Shown here: positions 8,808 through 17,816 of the stretch, one piece after another
How positions within the stretch are numbered: the stretch's first letter is position 1
Layout of the letters: every line of letters begins with the position of its first letter
NCBI GenBank assembly: GCA_013178305.1
Contig: JABLXB010000006.1
Location: 25,921 to 89,920 of the forward strand
DNA: 64,000 nucleotides
From: Bacillota bacterium
Lineage (GTDB): Bacteria > Bacillota > Sulfobacillia > JABLXB01
Reading direction: 5' to 3'
Made by a program: the position numbers and the translations under genes
The notes under the pieces: model-generated
The model's input: only the letters and a program-made list of their open reading frames with translations
The model's database searches: none
Told to the model about the DNA's origin: nothing

Positions 8808-10406
8808 GTGCTTGCGGTGGTGTACGCGCGAGTGTCCACCGAGGAACAGGCTGAGCGCGGTTCCTCATTGGAGGACCAGGTCGCCACCTGTGAGCGCCAC
8901 GCACGCTCACTGGGCGCCACGGATGTGGAGGTTCACCGCGACGTGGCTTCGGGGAGCGTGCTTCAACGGCCGGGCCTGGACGCGCTCCGGGACAGGGTGG
9001 CACGGGGTGGTGTGGACCTGTTCGTATGCTTCGATCCGGACCGCCTCGCCAGGAACCTGTCCCACCAGCTACTGCTTACCGAGGAGTTCGAACGCGCCCG
9101 CGTGAGCCTCGAGTTCGTTAACTTCGAGTGGAAGAACACCCCGGAAGGGAAGCTCTTCTATTCGCTGCGGGGGGCGATCGCCGAGTACGAGAAGGAGAAG
9201 ATCAGGGAGAGGACGACCCGGGGAAAGGTCCGGCGGGCCCAGGAGAAGCGGCTTACGCACAATCCGCGGACCTATGGCTACAGGTATTGTCCGCAAGAGA
9301 AAACCCTCGAGGTCCACCCAACTGCGGCTGCCGTTGTGCGTCAAATCTTCGACTGGTACGTCAGCGAGGATGTGGGGTGCCACGGAATAGTCGCGAAGCT
9401 TAACAACATGGGTATTCCGTCTCCCCAGGGCGTGGTGTGGCAAAGAACCACGGTAAGGCGGATCCTCGCGAACACGGCCTACATTGGGGTCATGTATCTG
9501 CGCCGGTACGACGCGACAGGGGTCAAAAATAGCCGGCGACTTCCACCTGCCCAAAGGGTGCGACGCCGGGTGCGACCCAAGGAAGAATGGATAGGGGTTC
9601 CCGTTCCGCCGATCGTGGACCTGCAGACATTCGAGAAAGCGCAGGAGAGAATCACCTTCGCGCGGCGCCACCATGCGGGCTTCTCCCGCGCCGAGTATTT
9701 GTTGAGCGGGTTGGTGGCGTGTGGGCTGTGCGGGAGCACGCTGCACGGAAACCTGAGTACCGCCCATGGGACGAAGCGCCGTTACTACGTGTGTACTGCC
9801 AGGAGCCCGGGCAAGGCGAACCTACCGAGGTGCCATCTTCCGTTTATCCCGGCCGGCCTGCTTGAATCCATCGTATGGGAGGGGGTTATGGGGTGGCTTC
9901 GGGACCCGGGAGCGCTTGAGCGGGACATCCTCCAGGGGACTCGCGAGATGGCGGGGCCCCTCGAGAACGCGTTGCAGGGCGTCAAGGTACAGATTGAGGA
10001 CTGCGCTGAGCAGAGGAACCGGCTGGTCGAGCTGTACCAACGTGGCCTTGTGACCGTGGAGGAAGTGGAACGCCGCTTGAGGTCACTGGTGGCTTTCCTC
10101 TCGGCACTGTTAGCCAGGCGAGTGGAGCTCGAGGAAAAACTTGCGCGAATCACCCTGACGACTCAGGATGTGAACGATTTCAGGGCTATGGCTACCCACA
10201 TATTGAACTACCTGGAGGCGCTCGACTTCGATGAGCGCCTGAACATCGTTCGGAAGCTCGTAACCAGCGTGACCGCGAGTCCCGATGTGGTAATCGTAGA
10301 GGCGCGGCTTTCGGGGAGTGGGGAGGCCAAAATCGGCCCTCCCAGCAGCAAGCGGAGGGAGCGGGGATTGTACGCCGGCCCGGTGCCGGCTCAGATACCC
10401 GATTAG
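8808..10406 (+). CDS. Large serine recombinase (resolvase/invertase catalytic domain + recombinase domain + zinc ribbon + coiled coil)
   Basis: 532 aa, GTG start. Catalytic-Ser motif AVVYARVSTEEQ. Recombinase-domain segments (YGYRY, WYV, GIPSP). Cys-rich ribbon CGLCGS..RYYVC..PRC. Long helical C-terminus. Confidence 0.9.
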   Translation: MLAVVYARVSTEEQAERGSSLEDQVATCERHARSLGATDVEVHRDVASGSVLQRPGLDALRDRVARGGVDLFVCFDPDRLARNLSHQLLLTEEFERARVSLEFVNFEWKNTPEGKLFYSLRGAIAEYEKEKIRERTTRGKVRRAQEKRLTHNPRTYGYRYCPQEKTLEVHPTAAAVVRQIFDWYVSEDVGCHGIVAKLNNMGIPSPQGVVWQRTTVRRILANTAYIGVMYLRRYDATGVKNSRRLPPAQRVRRRVRPKEEWIGVPVPPIVDLQTFEKAQERITFARRHHAGFSRAEYLLSGLVACGLCGSTLHGNLSTAHGTKRRYYVCTARSPGKANLPRCHLPFIPAGLLESIVWEGVMGWLRDPGALERDILQGTREMAGPLENALQGVKVQIEDCAEQRNRLVELYQRGLVTVEEVERRLRSLVAFLSALLARRVELEEKLARITLTTQDVNDFRAMATHILNYLEALDFDERLNIVRKLVTSVTASPDVVIVEARLSGSGEAKIGPPSSKRRERGLYAGPVPAQIPD

Positions 10407-10419
10407 GATTCCAGGAGGA

Positions 10420-10803
10420 TCATAACCAGCGTGGCGGCGAGCCCCCTTGGAGCAGGCCGCATCGGTCGATCTTCCGGACGTCGCTTTGAGGGGCTGTTCC
10501 GTCTATCGACGCTATGCCTATCTGCGGGAACACCACGCCATCGAGTGAATCGTTATCTGAGGCACAGTGATGGAGTTCGACGTCGAAGCCACGGTCCACC
10601 ATCGCCTCGGCTATTTTGGACAGGAAAGTGGACTTGCCCACGCCCGGACCACCCTTTATTACGAGGATACGCGTGGCGTCGGCCGTCACGATGTGATCGT
10701 AAAATGAGAAGAACCCCCGCGGGGTGTTGTTACCCGGAAACACGCGTTTGACGTAGCCCTTCTTGTTGTTCCCCAGACCACCGTTCCCCAGACTACTGCC
10801 CAC
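10420..10803 (-). pseudogene. 5' fragment of a PRK06851-like P-loop ATPase gene, truncated next to the recombinase
   Basis: GGGAGGGG RBS plus GTG. The first ~105 aa read like the N-terminus of ~360-aa clostridial ATPases (FPGNNTPRGFFSFYD, IKGGPGVGKST, HHCASDNDSLDGVV, IDGTAP). 22 unrelated codons then run to a stop 13 nt from the recombinase stop. Confidence 0.7.
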
Positions 10804-10991
10804 CTTCTACCCCTCCCATGCCGGCAGGCCGCCCTTAATCCGGGTTATTCTATTTGGACGCGACCGGGCCTGTGCCTGTTCGCGGCTTGTTTCGGCATAA
10901 TTCCTGCGCTGGATGGGGACCACTAGCCACGGTCGCCGCGTTGGCTGGCGACGCTTCAATTACAGTCACACAAGTGGAAGGGGCTGAAGAG

Positions 10992-11765
10992 ATGAGGGTA
11001 CCGGTTGGCATGATTCTCCTCCTTGCCGCAGCGATTCTCGTCTACTTTGGGCTGGCGCAGCGCGTCCTCGACAGGATGCGGCTCAACGACAGGACCGCCC
11101 TGGGGTTCATCGTCGCGCTCATCGTGGGCGGTTTCCTGAACATCACCCTCGTGAGGACTCCGGCTGAACTCATGCTCAACATAGGAGGCGGGCTCGTCCC
11201 GTTGGCCCTGGCCATATACCTCCTGAGCACGGCGGATGAGAGAACCGAAAGGGTTCGGGGGACCATCGCCGCCGTGGTTACCGGAGCCGCCATCTACGGC
11301 GCGGGGAAGCTGTTGCCCGCAGAGCCTCCCGCGATGATGATCGACACACTGTACGTCTCCGGAATAGTCGGCGGTGTCATCGGTTATCTCGCGGGCAGGT
11401 CGAGACGAGCGGCGTTCGTGGCGGGCACCGTCGGGGTAATACTGGCCGACATCGCGCAGTACATCGAGCTCCTGACGAGGAGGATCCCCGGCAGGACGTG
11501 GATCGGCGGCGCCGGCGCGTTCGACGCCGTCATCATAGCCGGGATCATAGCCGTTCTCCTGGCGGAACTCGTCGGGGAGAGCCGTGAGAGGCTTCAGGGA
11601 GGGACCGCCAAGAGGGACGAGAGGGGTCCGAAGACGTCGAGGCTGACGGGCATGCTCGGCGGCGACGACGAGGATTCGCCCGGGGAAGGACGCACGGATG
11701 CACGCCGGGAGTCTTGCGAGACGCCGGAATGCGAAGACCCGTATGAGGGCGGTGATGATCTGTGA
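10992..11765 (+). CDS. DUF1614-type membrane protein
   Basis: ATG 10992 follows GGAAGGGG. The hydrophobic protein starts MRVPVGMILLLAAAILVYFGLAQRVLDRMRLNDRTAL, as I recall for DUF1614 members. Stop overlaps spoIIP. Confidence 0.65.
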   Translation: MRVPVGMILLLAAAILVYFGLAQRVLDRMRLNDRTALGFIVALIVGGFLNITLVRTPAELMLNIGGGLVPLALAIYLLSTADERTERVRGTIAAVVTGAAIYGAGKLLPAEPPAMMIDTLYVSGIVGGVIGYLAGRSRRAAFVAGTVGVILADIAQYIELLTRRIPGRTWIGGAGAFDAVIIAGIIAVLLAELVGESRERLQGGTAKRDERGPKTSRLTGMLGGDDEDSPGEGRTDARRESCETPECEDPYEGGDDL

Positions 11766-12997
11766 GAGAGGCCAAATACCGCTGGGTGATACTGGCGATC
11801 ATGCTGGCCGTCGCGTTCGGGGCGGGGGCTATTCGGGAGCGGTCGGATAGGGCGGCTTTGTTGTGGCCCGCAGCCTCCGTCGCCGGCCCCCACGAGGAAC
11901 TGCCGACGGGAGAGTACGTCACCGTCGTGAACGAGACAGGGGCTGTCATTTCGCACACCGGCCACGTGCTCGCTGCCGGTGACGAGTTCGTTTCCGCCGA
12001 CAACAAGCGTTACCAGGTGATAGAGGTCGCGGGTGGCAAGGCCCGCTGCAAGCTGGTGGGCACCGTCACGATCGAGGAACCGGTCCCCGCCGCTCAGGCC
12101 GCGGGGGTAGGCGGGGCGCAGGCCCCCGTGCCCGGCCGTGGGGCGCCGGCGAACTCGGTCGGCATATATCACACTCACTCCGACGAGGCCTACGTGCCTA
12201 CTGAGGGGAGTGAGAGCGTGAGGACGGGCGGAGGGGTGATCAGGGTCGGCACGGTGTTGAAGGACGCGCTCACGGGCAAGACCATTCACGCCGTGCAGGA
12301 CCCGACGAGCCACGCTCCGCACGACGCGATGGCGTATGCCCGGTCGCGCAGGACGGCTGCCAACCTTGTCGGCCAGGCCCGTGCGGCGCTGTTCGACGTG
12401 CACCGCGACGCGGCGCCACCGGGTGAGTACACGAAGCAGGTTGCGGGCAACAGGGTCACGCAGATAATGCTGGTGGTCGGCAGGCAGAACCCGAAGTACC
12501 AGACGAACCTAGAGTTCGCGAAGCGGCTCAAGACGGCCGTCGACAAGACGCATCCCGGGCTCATCAAAGGCATACTGCTCGCAAGGGGCAGTTTCAACCA
12601 GGACCTGCACGATAGGGCGCTGTTGCTCGAGGTCGGGGCCGACTCCAACAGCAGGGAGGAGGCCGAACGGGCGGTACGCCTTCTGGCGGACGACCTCCCG
12701 AAGGTGGTCGGGGCGTCGACGTTGCCGGGGGGTGGCCTTACGGGCACCACCGGAGCCCAGGGAAGGAGCGCGGCAAGGGCGCTGGGCGGAATCCTGGTCT
12801 TACTCGGCCTCGGCGTGGTGGGTTACCTGTTCATCTCGACTGGCGGACTTAAAGAGGCCATGTCGAAGGTCGGGAAGTTCGGCGGGCGCGAACTCGCGAA
12901 CTACCTGGGCGGGCACAGCCGGCGGCGCGGCGGCTCCGGGGGCTCGCGCGGCAATCGCGGCAATGGCGAGGAGAACAAGGGTGGCTGCGGCAGCTGA
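11762..12997 (+). CDS. spoIIP: Stage II sporulation protein P (engulfment cell-wall hydrolase)
   Basis: 411 aa. N-terminal TM helix. SpoIIP signatures VGIYHTHSDEAY, FDVHRDA, MLVVGRQNPKY, ALLLEVG. Gly/Arg-rich tail with a C-terminal TM helix. Confidence 0.85.
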   Translation: MREAKYRWVILAIMLAVAFGAGAIRERSDRAALLWPAASVAGPHEELPTGEYVTVVNETGAVISHTGHVLAAGDEFVSADNKRYQVIEVAGGKARCKLVGTVTIEEPVPAAQAAGVGGAQAPVPGRGAPANSVGIYHTHSDEAYVPTEGSESVRTGGGVIRVGTVLKDALTGKTIHAVQDPTSHAPHDAMAYARSRRTAANLVGQARAALFDVHRDAAPPGEYTKQVAGNRVTQIMLVVGRQNPKYQTNLEFAKRLKTAVDKTHPGLIKGILLARGSFNQDLHDRALLLEVGADSNSREEAERAVRLLADDLPKVVGASTLPGGGLTGTTGAQGRSAARALGGILVLLGLGVVGYLFISTGGLKEAMSKVGKFGGRELANYLGGHSRRRGGSGGSRGNRGNGEENKGGCGS

Positions 12998-13014
12998 CAG
13001 GGGAGGGGGCCCGT

Positions 13015-14034
13015 GTGAAGATACTCTACTGGGCCCCCGGCCTGCCTTACACGGCCGCGGAAGACGCCCTCGCGCGCGCAGGTGGTGCGGAAACGCCCCG
13101 GGAGTTCTGGGCCAGCAATGGACCGGGTTTATGCGGCAGGATTTACTACGCCGGCGCCGACGCGGATGGGAACGAGGTATATGCGGTTGGACTCGGGGGT
13201 GCGGCTTCCATAGGCCGTAAGGCGGTGGAAGGAATCCTGAGCGCCTGCTGTGAGACCCCTGTGATCAGTCTCATCCGGTCGGACGCGCGCTGCGGGGTGC
13301 GCGGGCGGGCTACGCCGGTGAGGACGGCACTGGGACACGCTGTATGGCGCTATCTGGGACTCAAGAACCTCGGACTCGCGCTCCTGGCCGCAGGACCTGC
13401 GCGTGCCGGAGGCACGAGGTTCCGGTACGCGCCGCAGCGGGACGACCGTCACCCGGTGTCCGGGGCTGAAGATCAGGCGTTCGCCAGCGGCGGCGCAGGC
13501 GAGGCGCTGCCCGCCTCCATCCCCAGGCCCAACGGGCCGGGGGACCGGTTCGTCTTCTATCACTGTTATGGTTCCGCGCACTCGTCGGTCGCCACCGCTG
13601 CCATACACCTGGGGCTCTTGCCTGCATCCCGTGTCCCGGCGGTCCGTGAGCTGCTGGCGCTTCGCTGGTTCGACCGCGTCCGTCACGACCAGATCGGTAC
13701 ACCGGTGTATCTGGGAGAGGACCAGACGGCCGCGAGGGTGTTCGTGCTGGGGCTGGGCCCTTCGCGGTCCGCCGCGAGGCGGTTTGTGTCGGAAGCGACC
13801 TCGCTGTGCGGCCTGGACGGAAGGGTCTCGTTCGTCGACTGCCTTCCGCTCGCCGGGGGCCTGGTGCGCGTGGGTGGGTTCCTGTCGAGGAGGCTGGGTG
13901 TTGTCAGGGCCGGCCGGTTCCTGGCGGCGGTGGGGGTGCGCAGGCAGTACTGGAGGTTCGTCTCCCTGGCGTGCCGCACCCGCCTGAGACTCGCGGGGAG
14001 AAGCACCGCCGGGCCGGCCACCCCGCGTTATTGA
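13015..14034 (+). CDS. Tandem DUF3189 protein (degenerate N-terminal copy + intact C-terminal copy)
   Basis: GGGAGGGGG RBS plus GTG. The C-terminal half has FYHCYGSAHSSVATAAIHLGLLP and GGFLSRRLG, typical of DUF3189. The N-terminal half (MKILYWAPGLPYT.., GNEVYAVGLG) is a diverged copy. Confidence 0.6.
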   Translation: MKILYWAPGLPYTAAEDALARAGGAETPREFWASNGPGLCGRIYYAGADADGNEVYAVGLGGAASIGRKAVEGILSACCETPVISLIRSDARCGVRGRATPVRTALGHAVWRYLGLKNLGLALLAAGPARAGGTRFRYAPQRDDRHPVSGAEDQAFASGGAGEALPASIPRPNGPGDRFVFYHCYGSAHSSVATAAIHLGLLPASRVPAVRELLALRWFDRVRHDQIGTPVYLGEDQTAARVFVLGLGPSRSAARRFVSEATSLCGLDGRVSFVDCLPLAGGLVRVGGFLSRRLGVVRAGRFLAAVGVRRQYWRFVSLACRTRLRLAGRSTAGPATPRY

Positions 14035-14068
14035 CGCCCTTTGCAGGCTATTCCATAATGATAGGGAA

Positions 14069-15409
14069 ATGCTCTGGCACAATACTCCAAAAAGCCCCCG
14101 CGGTGTCGTTTCCGCGGTGGAACCGCGCGGAATCGCGGGCGAGATTGGCATCGAAACGGGCGACGCGATAGTCGCCGTGAATGGTCGCGCCCCGCGGGAC
14201 GTCATCGACTTAAGGTTCCTCGCCGCCGACGGCCGCATCGAGGTCGAGGTGGAGAAGCGGTGCGGGGAGAGGGTCGTTTACGAGATCGAGAAGCACCCCG
14301 ACGAGCCATTGGGAGTGTCGTTCGAGTCGGACGTTTTCGACGGTGTTAAACGCTGCGCCAATTCGTGCCCATTCTGCTTCATCGACGGGCTGCCCGCTGG
14401 AATGCGTGCATCTCTGTATCTGAAGGACGACGACTACCGCCTTTCGTTTCTCCACGGGAACTTCGTCACGTTGACCAACATGCGCGACGACGAATTCGCG
14501 AGGATCGTCGAGCAGCGCCTCAGCCCCATATACGTTTCGGTCCACAGCACTGACCCCGGTGTGCGCGAATACCTGCTGGGGGCGCGCTCGGCCCGGGACG
14601 TAATGGAACGGCTCGAATACCTGACCTCGAACGGCATAAGAGTCCACGCACAGGTGGTCGTGTGCCCAGGGGTGAATGACGAACAGCACTTGGACAGGAC
14701 CATCGAGGATCTGTCCGGATTCTGGCCCGGCGTAGCGTCGGTGGGCGTGGTCCCAGTGGGATTGACGAGGTTCCAGAGGCGCGATTGCGGGATCAGGGCG
14801 ATGTCCGGCGAGGAAATGTCGCGGTTGATCGACTGGGGACTGGCCGCTCACGCCCGTTTCCGGCGGGCCAACGGCGATGGGTTTGTCTTCCTTGCGGACG
14901 AATTGTTCCTGGCGACGGGCCGCGAGTTCCCGCCGCTTGACTACTATGGGGGTTTTCCGCAGTACGAGAACGGTATCGGGATAGCCCCGGCGTTCCTCGA
15001 CGACCTCCGGCGCTTGAGATTGCCGCGTTCCTTCTCGCGCGGCGTTTCGGCCACCGCCGTATGCGGGCGCCTGGCAATTGCGCTGCTCAGGAGCGCCTCC
15101 GTGGAACTCAACCGGATACGTGGCGTCGACGTGTCCGTGTTGCCCGTCCTGAACAGGTTCTTTGGCGAGACTGTGAGCGTCTCCGGCCTGTTGACGGGGC
15201 GGGATATCGCCGCGGCCGTTGCCGCGTCGGGGGGAGCGGCTGGGCGGCTGATCGTTGTCCCCGCGGTGTCCTTGAGGGATGGGGTGTTCCTCGATGACAT
15301 GACGCTGAGCGACCTCGAAACGGCGCTGGGCGCCAGGGTCGCGGTCGCGGGGCCGTCTCCGAAGGACCTGCTCGAAAGACTCAAGAGGGAAGACAGGGGA
15401 TCGCCATGA
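14069..15409 (+). CDS. DUF512 / PDZ-domain radical-SAM-like protein
   Basis: 446 aa. N-terminal PDZ-like segment (IAGEIGIETGDAIVAVNG). CxxxCxxC motif CANSCPFC. Conserved DDDYRLSFLHGNFVTLTN. Sits immediately upstream of der, as in many Clostridia. Confidence 0.8.
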   Translation: MLWHNTPKSPRGVVSAVEPRGIAGEIGIETGDAIVAVNGRAPRDVIDLRFLAADGRIEVEVEKRCGERVVYEIEKHPDEPLGVSFESDVFDGVKRCANSCPFCFIDGLPAGMRASLYLKDDDYRLSFLHGNFVTLTNMRDDEFARIVEQRLSPIYVSVHSTDPGVREYLLGARSARDVMERLEYLTSNGIRVHAQVVVCPGVNDEQHLDRTIEDLSGFWPGVASVGVVPVGLTRFQRRDCGIRAMSGEEMSRLIDWGLAAHARFRRANGDGFVFLADELFLATGREFPPLDYYGGFPQYENGIGIAPAFLDDLRRLRLPRSFSRGVSATAVCGRLAIALLRSASVELNRIRGVDVSVLPVLNRFFGETVSVSGLLTGRDIAAAVAASGGAAGRLIVVPAVSLRDGVFLDDMTLSDLETALGARVAVAGPSPKDLLERLKREDRGSP

Positions 15410-16749
15410 AGCCGGTCGTCGCCATAATCGGAAGGCCCAACGTTGGAAAATCGGCGCTGTTCAACAGGCTGGTACAGAAGCGGGTGGCCATCGTCGAGGA
15501 CATCCCCGGGGTCACCAGGGACCGCATTACTTCCGACACCGAGTGGCAGGGCAAATGGTTCACACTCGTGGACACGGGGGGCCTCGTTGCGGATGCCAGG
15601 GATCCCATGGGCGCGCAGATACGGCGGCAGGTTGAGCTCGCTCTGGCCGAGGCCGACGTCACGCTCCTCGTGGTTGACGCACGCGACGGCGTGGCCCCGG
15701 CCGACCGCGACGCGGCCGAGGTTGTCAGGAGGTCGGGCAGGCCGGCGATCCTGGTAGTGAACAAGGGTGAAGGGGCGGGAGCCGGAGCGGCCGAGGCCGA
15801 TGCGTATTCGCTGGGACTCGGGGAGCCGGTGGTGGTCTCGGCCATTCACGGGACCGGAACAGGCGATCTCCTGGACCGGATCGCGACCCTACTGCCCCAG
15901 TACGAGGCCCCGGGGGAGGACGACTCCCGCGTGAAGGTGGCGATTGTGGGGCGTCCCAACGTCGGAAAGTCATCACTGCTCAATGCCATCCTCGGGGAAG
16001 AGAGAGTGATCGTGTCGAGCGAGCCCGGGACCACGAGGGACGCGGTTGACGTCGCGCGCGACATTGGGGACAGGAAGTTCCTGTTCATCGATACCGCCGG
16101 CATGCGGCGTCGCTCGAAAGTCGGCGAGTCTCTCGAGAAATACAGCGTTTCCAGGGCGCTCCGCGCCGTCGACAGGGCGGACGTAGCGGTCCTGGTCATT
16201 GCGGCGGACCAGGGTGTCACGGATCAGGACAAGAAGATAGCGGGGTACGTCCAGGATAAGGGCAAGGCGCTGGTTCTGTGCTTCAACAAGTTCGACCTCG
16301 TATCGATAGACGAGGCTGGCCGCAGGAGCAGGCCCGGCGAACTGGAGGAGCGCCGCGAGGCGCTGGTCGAGCTGGCGCGCTGGCATCTCGGATTCGTGTC
16401 GCACGCCCCGGTGGTTTTCACTACCGCCACGGACGGGCAGGGTGTGACCACCCTCATCGATGGGACCTGGGAAGCCGCCGTCCAGCACGCCCGCCGGGTG
16501 CCGACACCCGAACTCAACAGGGTGATACACGAGGCTTTTCTGCTCTCGCCGCCGCCTTCCGAGAAAGGCAAGGAGCTGAAGGTCTACTACGCGACACAGG
16601 TTGCGGCGAGACCGCCGGTGTTCGTGTTGTTCGTGAATGAGCCGGGAATCGTCAAGGTGCCGTACGTGAGGTATCTCGAAGGGCGCTTGCGTCAGTCCTT
16701 CGGCTTCGAAGGCACACCCCTGGTCATCAGGTTCCGCAGGAGAGAGTAG
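15406..16749 (+). CDS. der: Ribosome-associated GTPase Der (EngA), double GTPase domain + KH-like
   Basis: Two G domains (GRPNVGKSALFN..DTGG..NKGE and GRPNVGKSSLLN..DTAG..NKFD). 447 aa. Confidence 0.95.
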   Translation: MKPVVAIIGRPNVGKSALFNRLVQKRVAIVEDIPGVTRDRITSDTEWQGKWFTLVDTGGLVADARDPMGAQIRRQVELALAEADVTLLVVDARDGVAPADRDAAEVVRRSGRPAILVVNKGEGAGAGAAEADAYSLGLGEPVVVSAIHGTGTGDLLDRIATLLPQYEAPGEDDSRVKVAIVGRPNVGKSSLLNAILGEERVIVSSEPGTTRDAVDVARDIGDRKFLFIDTAGMRRRSKVGESLEKYSVSRALRAVDRADVAVLVIAADQGVTDQDKKIAGYVQDKGKALVLCFNKFDLVSIDEAGRRSRPGELEERREALVELARWHLGFVSHAPVVFTTATDGQGVTTLIDGTWEAAVQHARRVPTPELNRVIHEAFLLSPPPSEKGKELKVYYATQVAARPPVFVLFVNEPGIVKVPYVRYLEGRLRQSFGFEGTPLVIRFRRRE

Positions 16750-16754
16750 ATGCC

Positions 16755-16778
16755 GTCCGGCCGCCGCGGCGGCCGGAC
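16755..16778 (+). other. GC-rich intercistronic hairpin between der and gpsA
   Basis: Perfect palindrome GTCCGGCCGC-cgcg-GCGGCCGGAC with no U tract. It fills most of the 53-nt der-gpsA gap, the slot plsY occupies in many Firmicutes (gene order from memory). Confidence 0.5.
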
Positions 16779-16802
16779 GAAGGTCGGGCATTCCGGAGGG
16801 CG

Positions 16803-17813
16803 ATGGCATTGCGGAAAGTTGCGATACTGGGCCTGGGTGCGTGGGGCAGCGCCCTGGCCGTGCCGCTGACCGACGCGGGGAGCAGTGTGTTCATCTGGGG
16901 GCGCAGGCCGGATGCTGTCGAGAAGTTCAACTCGGCCCACGAGAACCGCGAGTACCTCCCCGGGGTGAATCTCGAGGGCGTGACGGCCACGGTCGACGTC
17001 GCCGTAGCGCTCGACCGCGCGGAAGTGGTGATACTCGCCGTTCCGACGGCCGCGGCTCGAGAGGTATGCCGCGCTGCCGCCGCAACGATCCGCCGGACCG
17101 GCGGGCTCAGGCCGGCGCTGGTGTCAACGTGCAAGGGCCTGGAAGAGGGGACTTATCTCAGGATATCGGAGGTCGCCGCCGGGGAAATGGGCGACCTCTG
17201 CAGTGGCTACGCCGTGCTTTCGGGCCCCAACTTCGCCATCGAGGTGGGCAGGCGTTTGCCCACTGCGACAGTGGTTGCCTGCGCTGATGCGGCGCTGGCC
17301 TGCTACCTGCAAGACGTCCTCATGACCCCCAGTTTCCGCGTATACACCAACCCCGATGTCGTGGGTGTGGAGGTCGCCGGCGCGCTCAAGAACGTCATAG
17401 CCCTGGCGGTCGGGATGGCGGAGGGTCTCGGACTGGGATACAACGCCAGGGCGGCGCTGATCACCAGGGGCCTGGCCGAGATAACCCGCCTCGGCACCGC
17501 CCTCGGCGCGGACAAGCACACCTTCGCGGGCCTGGCGGGGATGGGTGACCTCGTGCTCACGTGCATGGGCGAATACAGCCGGAACAGGCGCGCGGGGATG
17601 GCGCTGGCGGCGGGGCAGAGCCTGGAGGAGTTCGTCAGTTCGTCGCGCTCACTGGTTGAAGGCGCCCAGACCACCAGGTCCGTAGTGATGCTGGCCCGTT
17701 CCTCGGGAGTGGAGGCGCCTGTGGCGGAGAAGGTGTATGAGGTCCTCTTCGAGGGGAGGAGGCCCGTGGACGTGGTCGGCGAGATAATGACGCGCGACAA
17801 AAAGACCGAATAG
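16803..17813 (+). CDS. gpsA: NAD(P)H-dependent glycerol-3-phosphate dehydrogenase
   Basis: 336 aa. Rossmann fold VAILGLGAWGSALA. Conserved GALKNVIA and GDLVLTC segments. Confidence 0.95.
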   Translation: MALRKVAILGLGAWGSALAVPLTDAGSSVFIWGRRPDAVEKFNSAHENREYLPGVNLEGVTATVDVAVALDRAEVVILAVPTAAAREVCRAAAATIRRTGGLRPALVSTCKGLEEGTYLRISEVAAGEMGDLCSGYAVLSGPNFAIEVGRRLPTATVVACADAALACYLQDVLMTPSFRVYTNPDVVGVEVAGALKNVIALAVGMAEGLGLGYNARAALITRGLAEITRLGTALGADKHTFAGLAGMGDLVLTCMGEYSRNRRAGMALAAGQSLEEFVSSSRSLVEGAQTTRSVVMLARSSGVEAPVAEKVYEVLFEGRRPVDVVGEIMTRDKKTE

Positions 17814-17816
17814 ACA

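Larger units (their letters stand above)
6165..10490. mobile_element. Candidate serine-recombinase integrative/intervening element (left boundary unresolved, may lie beyond the window)
   Basis: The right end is set by loss of ATPase homology at ~10489, 83 nt from the recombinase stop. The interior is lower in GC by eye, with an ORF-poor stretch and two unknown membrane proteins. No second junction could be proven. Confidence 0.3.

Noticed and set aside
6278-10518. Imperfect direct repeats that might be att cores: GGGCGGTACCGTC..CTATGGC (6278-6300) versus GGGCTGTTCCGTC..CTATGCC (10491-10518). Both read DGTA on the minus strand. There is also a shared CCGGACGTC at 6223 and 10474.
   Set aside because: My rough estimate is that matches of this quality are expected by chance given the number of position pairs I inspected. 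The spacing of the two motifs also differs (55 vs 17 nt), and the sequence left of 6278 does not continue the ATPase reading frame. I note it only as a lead for the junction search.
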